Source: Myxococcota bacterium
GTDB taxonomy: Bacteria; Myxococcota_A; UBA9042; PHBI01; JAWLBL01
NCBI GenBank assembly: GCA_041687695.1
Contig: JAWLBL010000045.1
Span: forward strand, 1 to 32,250
DNA: 32,250 nt
Direction: 5' to 3'
Below the pieces are notes generated by a model. It ran no database searches. It was not told where the DNA came from and saw nothing but the letters and a program-made list of their open reading frames with translations. Positions 30,901 to 32,250 of this stretch are shown here, one piece after another. The position numbers were made by a program, and so were the translations under genes. Each line of letters starts with the position of its first letter. Position 1 is the stretch's first letter.

Positions 30901-31768
30901 GCTGACGGCGACGCTGGACGACGCCAGCCTGCAGGCCGACGTGACCGTGCTGGCGGCGGACTCCGTGCCGGCGGTGGTGGGGCTGTCGCCCGAAGACGGG
31001 ACCGGGTTCGTGGGGACGCCGGTCGAGTACGAGCTGACCCTGAGCCACCCGGCGCCGCCGGGCGGGCTGTCGGTCGACGTCTTCGTCACGGGCGGGGCGG
31101 CCGACGCGCCGGCCACGGTCACCGTGCCGGCGGGGGCCACGACGGCGACGTTCACGGTGCTGCCGAGCGAAGAGGCGACCCTGGTCGTCGAGGCCGAGAC
31201 CGCGACGGGCGGCGTGTCCGCGACGCTCGAGGTGGTCGAGGGGACGCTGACCGGGCTGATCCTCGTCGAGGTGTTCTACAACCCGGGTGGCACGGACGGC
31301 GGGCTCGAGTGGGTCAAGCTGTTCAATGGCACGGGCGCGGCGGTGGATCTCTCGGGATACTCGCTGGGCCACGGCGGGGCGGACTACACCTACGGCAAGG
31401 TGCAGCTGGCCGGCGTCGTGCCGGCGGGGGCCTGCTGGACGGTGGGCGGGACGCCGGCCGCGCTGGCGGGCAAGCCGGTGGTCGACCAGGAGCTGCTGTT
31501 CGAGCCGAACATCCAGAACAGCGGGAGCCAGGCCGACGGCGTGGCGCTGTTCGACGTCACGGCGGCGCAGATCACCAAGACCACGGTCCCGGTGGACGCG
31601 GTCGTCTACGGCGGCTCGAACACGGCGAACCTGCTGGGCCCGGACGGGCAGCCGGCGCCGGTCCACGTCGGCGACGCCGGCAGCGACAAGAGCATCGTCC
31701 GCACCAGCCTGACCACCTGGGAGATCAACGCGACGCCGGACTCGCAGCAGTGCGTGGTGATTCAGTAG
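27995..31768 (+). CDS. Multidomain lipoprotein: amidohydrolase (deaminase-like) + thrombospondin type-3 repeats + OB-fold + Ig-like + lamin-tail domain (1257 aa)
   Basis: Lipobox [23 protein letters not shown] and [19 protein letters not shown] repeats; [46 protein letters not shown]. Confidence 0.88.
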   Translation: MRRSSIRYAGFAVVLASLVACGSPGSSPVGPLPDTIDGDVPGDVPKADGEGPDGHEGDEGPLPDGHLPDGDEGDEGQLPDGELPDGDEGDEGQLPDGDVGPDPDGTNDTDDGGPIVPVGCEPLAPIAGGDTCAVTEGDPEVLLIQGDLVLPNGIQEAGQLLVVDGNIACVGCDCAADPQAAGATVITCPKGVVSPGLVNAHDHITFAEMKPVPHTSRYDHRHEWRTGANGKQKLSTSQNKHAKGDGWGEMRQVMAGTTSLFGSGGEGGFLRNLDVAARLEGLSHGTADYSTFPLGDSNGTMLTTGCNYPKFDQPGTVLKNVAYVPHVSEGINTAARNEFLCLSGIQAGGQDLTEPNSAFIHGIGLRTEDIGLLAAEGTGLVWSPRSNTDLYGMTADVPIYHRLGAMIALGTDWTASGSVHILRELSCAEEWNDVYWGGYFSDAQLVAMVTHWAAELLGFADVLGALVPGKVADVTIWDGAMNDGYRAILDAGVQDTVLVLRGGLALYGDANLMAALTGPGDCDALDVCGRDKQLCTPRELGMTTNQLQSELGSNVYGLFFCGQPTNEPSCLPSRPGEYSGLPTAGDADGDGIPDAQDNCPDLFNPDRPVDNFVQVDTDGDGLGDVCDPCPLDANTTACSSVDPEDVDGDGYGNALDNCPGVANPDQLDSDGDGKGDACDACPDDYNPAGQACPASIYDVKKGVVPVGAAVMIPSAIVTAAKSGDFFIQVSPADTEGYQGPEFSGLYVFGAGAANTPPVGARVRVNGVVADYFGQIQLNSPTVEVLEAAAGVPAPLVIDPADAAPGGAKEAAYEALLVQVQDVEVLDTTPAGQTGETVVGEFLVTGNLSVDDYLYLLDPMPAEGAVLPGLTGVLRYNWERNKLLPRSADDVLLGPPSLLAFGPDEVFLYEGQEGATAPALTVTLSWEALEDTFVAVTPTELVAGGGVTVPAGQSQATVLVASGLPVGTTTLTATLDDASLQADVTVLAADSVPAVVGLSPEDGTGFVGTPVEYELTLSHPAPPGGLSVDVFVTGGAADAPATVTVPAGATTATFTVLPSEEATLVVEAETATGGVSATLEVVEGTLTGLILVEVFYNPGGTDGGLEWVKLFNGTGAAVDLSGYSLGHGGADYTYGKVQLAGVVPAGACWTVGGTPAALAGKPVVDQELLFEPNIQNSGSQADGVALFDVTAAQITKTTVPVDAVVYGGSNTANLLGPDGQPAPVHVGDAGSDKSIVRTSLTTWEINATPDSQQCVVIQ
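28151..28294 (+). repeat. Coding tandem repeat, 3 x 48 bp (DGxEGDEGxLPDGxLP) in the lipoprotein linker
   Basis: Units [16 protein letters not shown] / [16 protein letters not shown] / [16 protein letters not shown]. Confidence 0.8.
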
Positions 31769-31889
31769 TCGACCCGCACCAGTAGCTTGTTCGAAGGCGG
31801 CCTCCTCGCTGTCCCCCGGCGACGGCGGGGCGGGCCGCCGCGGGGCGAGCTTTGGTGTGGCCGGCGCGGTCGATGGCGCCAGCGGGGCC

Positions 31890-32126
31890 GGTGGCGGTCC
31901 GGGCCGGCTGGAAGCCGGCGGTCCAGGTGAACGCCGGGGCCTGTGGCGGTCCGGGCCAGCTGGAAGCCGGCGGTCCAGGTGAACCTCCGGGGTCCGTGGC
32001 GGTCCGGGCCGGCTGGAAGCCGGCGGTCCAGGTGAACGCCGGGGCCGGCGACGGGTCCGGCCGGCTGGAAGCCGGCGATCCGAGGGCGCTGGACGCTGAG
32101 GCCGTGGCGGGTCTGGCCGGCTGGAA
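31890..32126 (-). repeat. Tandem array of five REP-like palindromes in reverse orientation (GCCGGC-TGGAA-GCCGGC), 52-56 bp period
   Basis: Loops at 31909, 31961, 32014, 32066 and 32122. The last is interrupted by a MITE-like element. Confidence 0.9.
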
Positions 32127-32250
32127 GAGGGTGTCGTATTGATGCCGCCGAAGGCGGCCTTGGAGTGCTCCGGCTTGCCGGAGCCCCGGCCCCGGCGGCT
32201 TGCCGCCGGGATCTGGCTACCAAACCGGCGCAGCAAGCTGCGCCGGGTGG
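32127..32250 (+). mobile_element. MITE-like element type A, truncated by the window edge
   Basis: Begins GAGGGTGTCGTATTGATGCC directly after GCCGGC-TGGAA. Interior matches 954-1080. Confidence 0.8.

Overview
Very GC-rich bacterial window. The gene content (lipoproteins with TSP3/lamin-tail domains, Cys-rich exported proteins) looks Myxococcota/Deltaproteobacteria-like, which is an inference. About 17 credible CDSs fall in three blocks. (i) 1.2-13 kb: exported/OM protein, tandem GST-N protein, VAT-1-like oxidoreductase, LysR, CxxCH protein, membrane protein and a CtpH/CtpI-like giant P-type ATPase. (ii) 13.1-22.6 kb: a probable anti-phage defence island, mostly on the minus strand, reading sacsin-like GHKL ATPase/DUF3883-like nuclease -> 42-bp tandem array -> orphan helical protein -> McrB-like -> McrC-like -> Zn-ribbon protein, facing a 63-aa ORF. 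(iii) 22.6-31.8 kb: GH-like lipoprotein, DUF6483-like protein, CNT nucleoside transporter, DUF2231-like protein and a large amidohydrolase-TSP3-OB-LTD lipoprotein. The most striking non-coding signal is a REP-like hairpin (GCCGGC-TTCCA-GCCGGC) in tandem arrays (exact 55-bp period at 1-1200). Four short hairpin-rich MITE-like elements with shared terminal inverted repeats sit exactly in the 5-nt hairpin loop. All family assignments come from motif recognition by eye, not from database searches.
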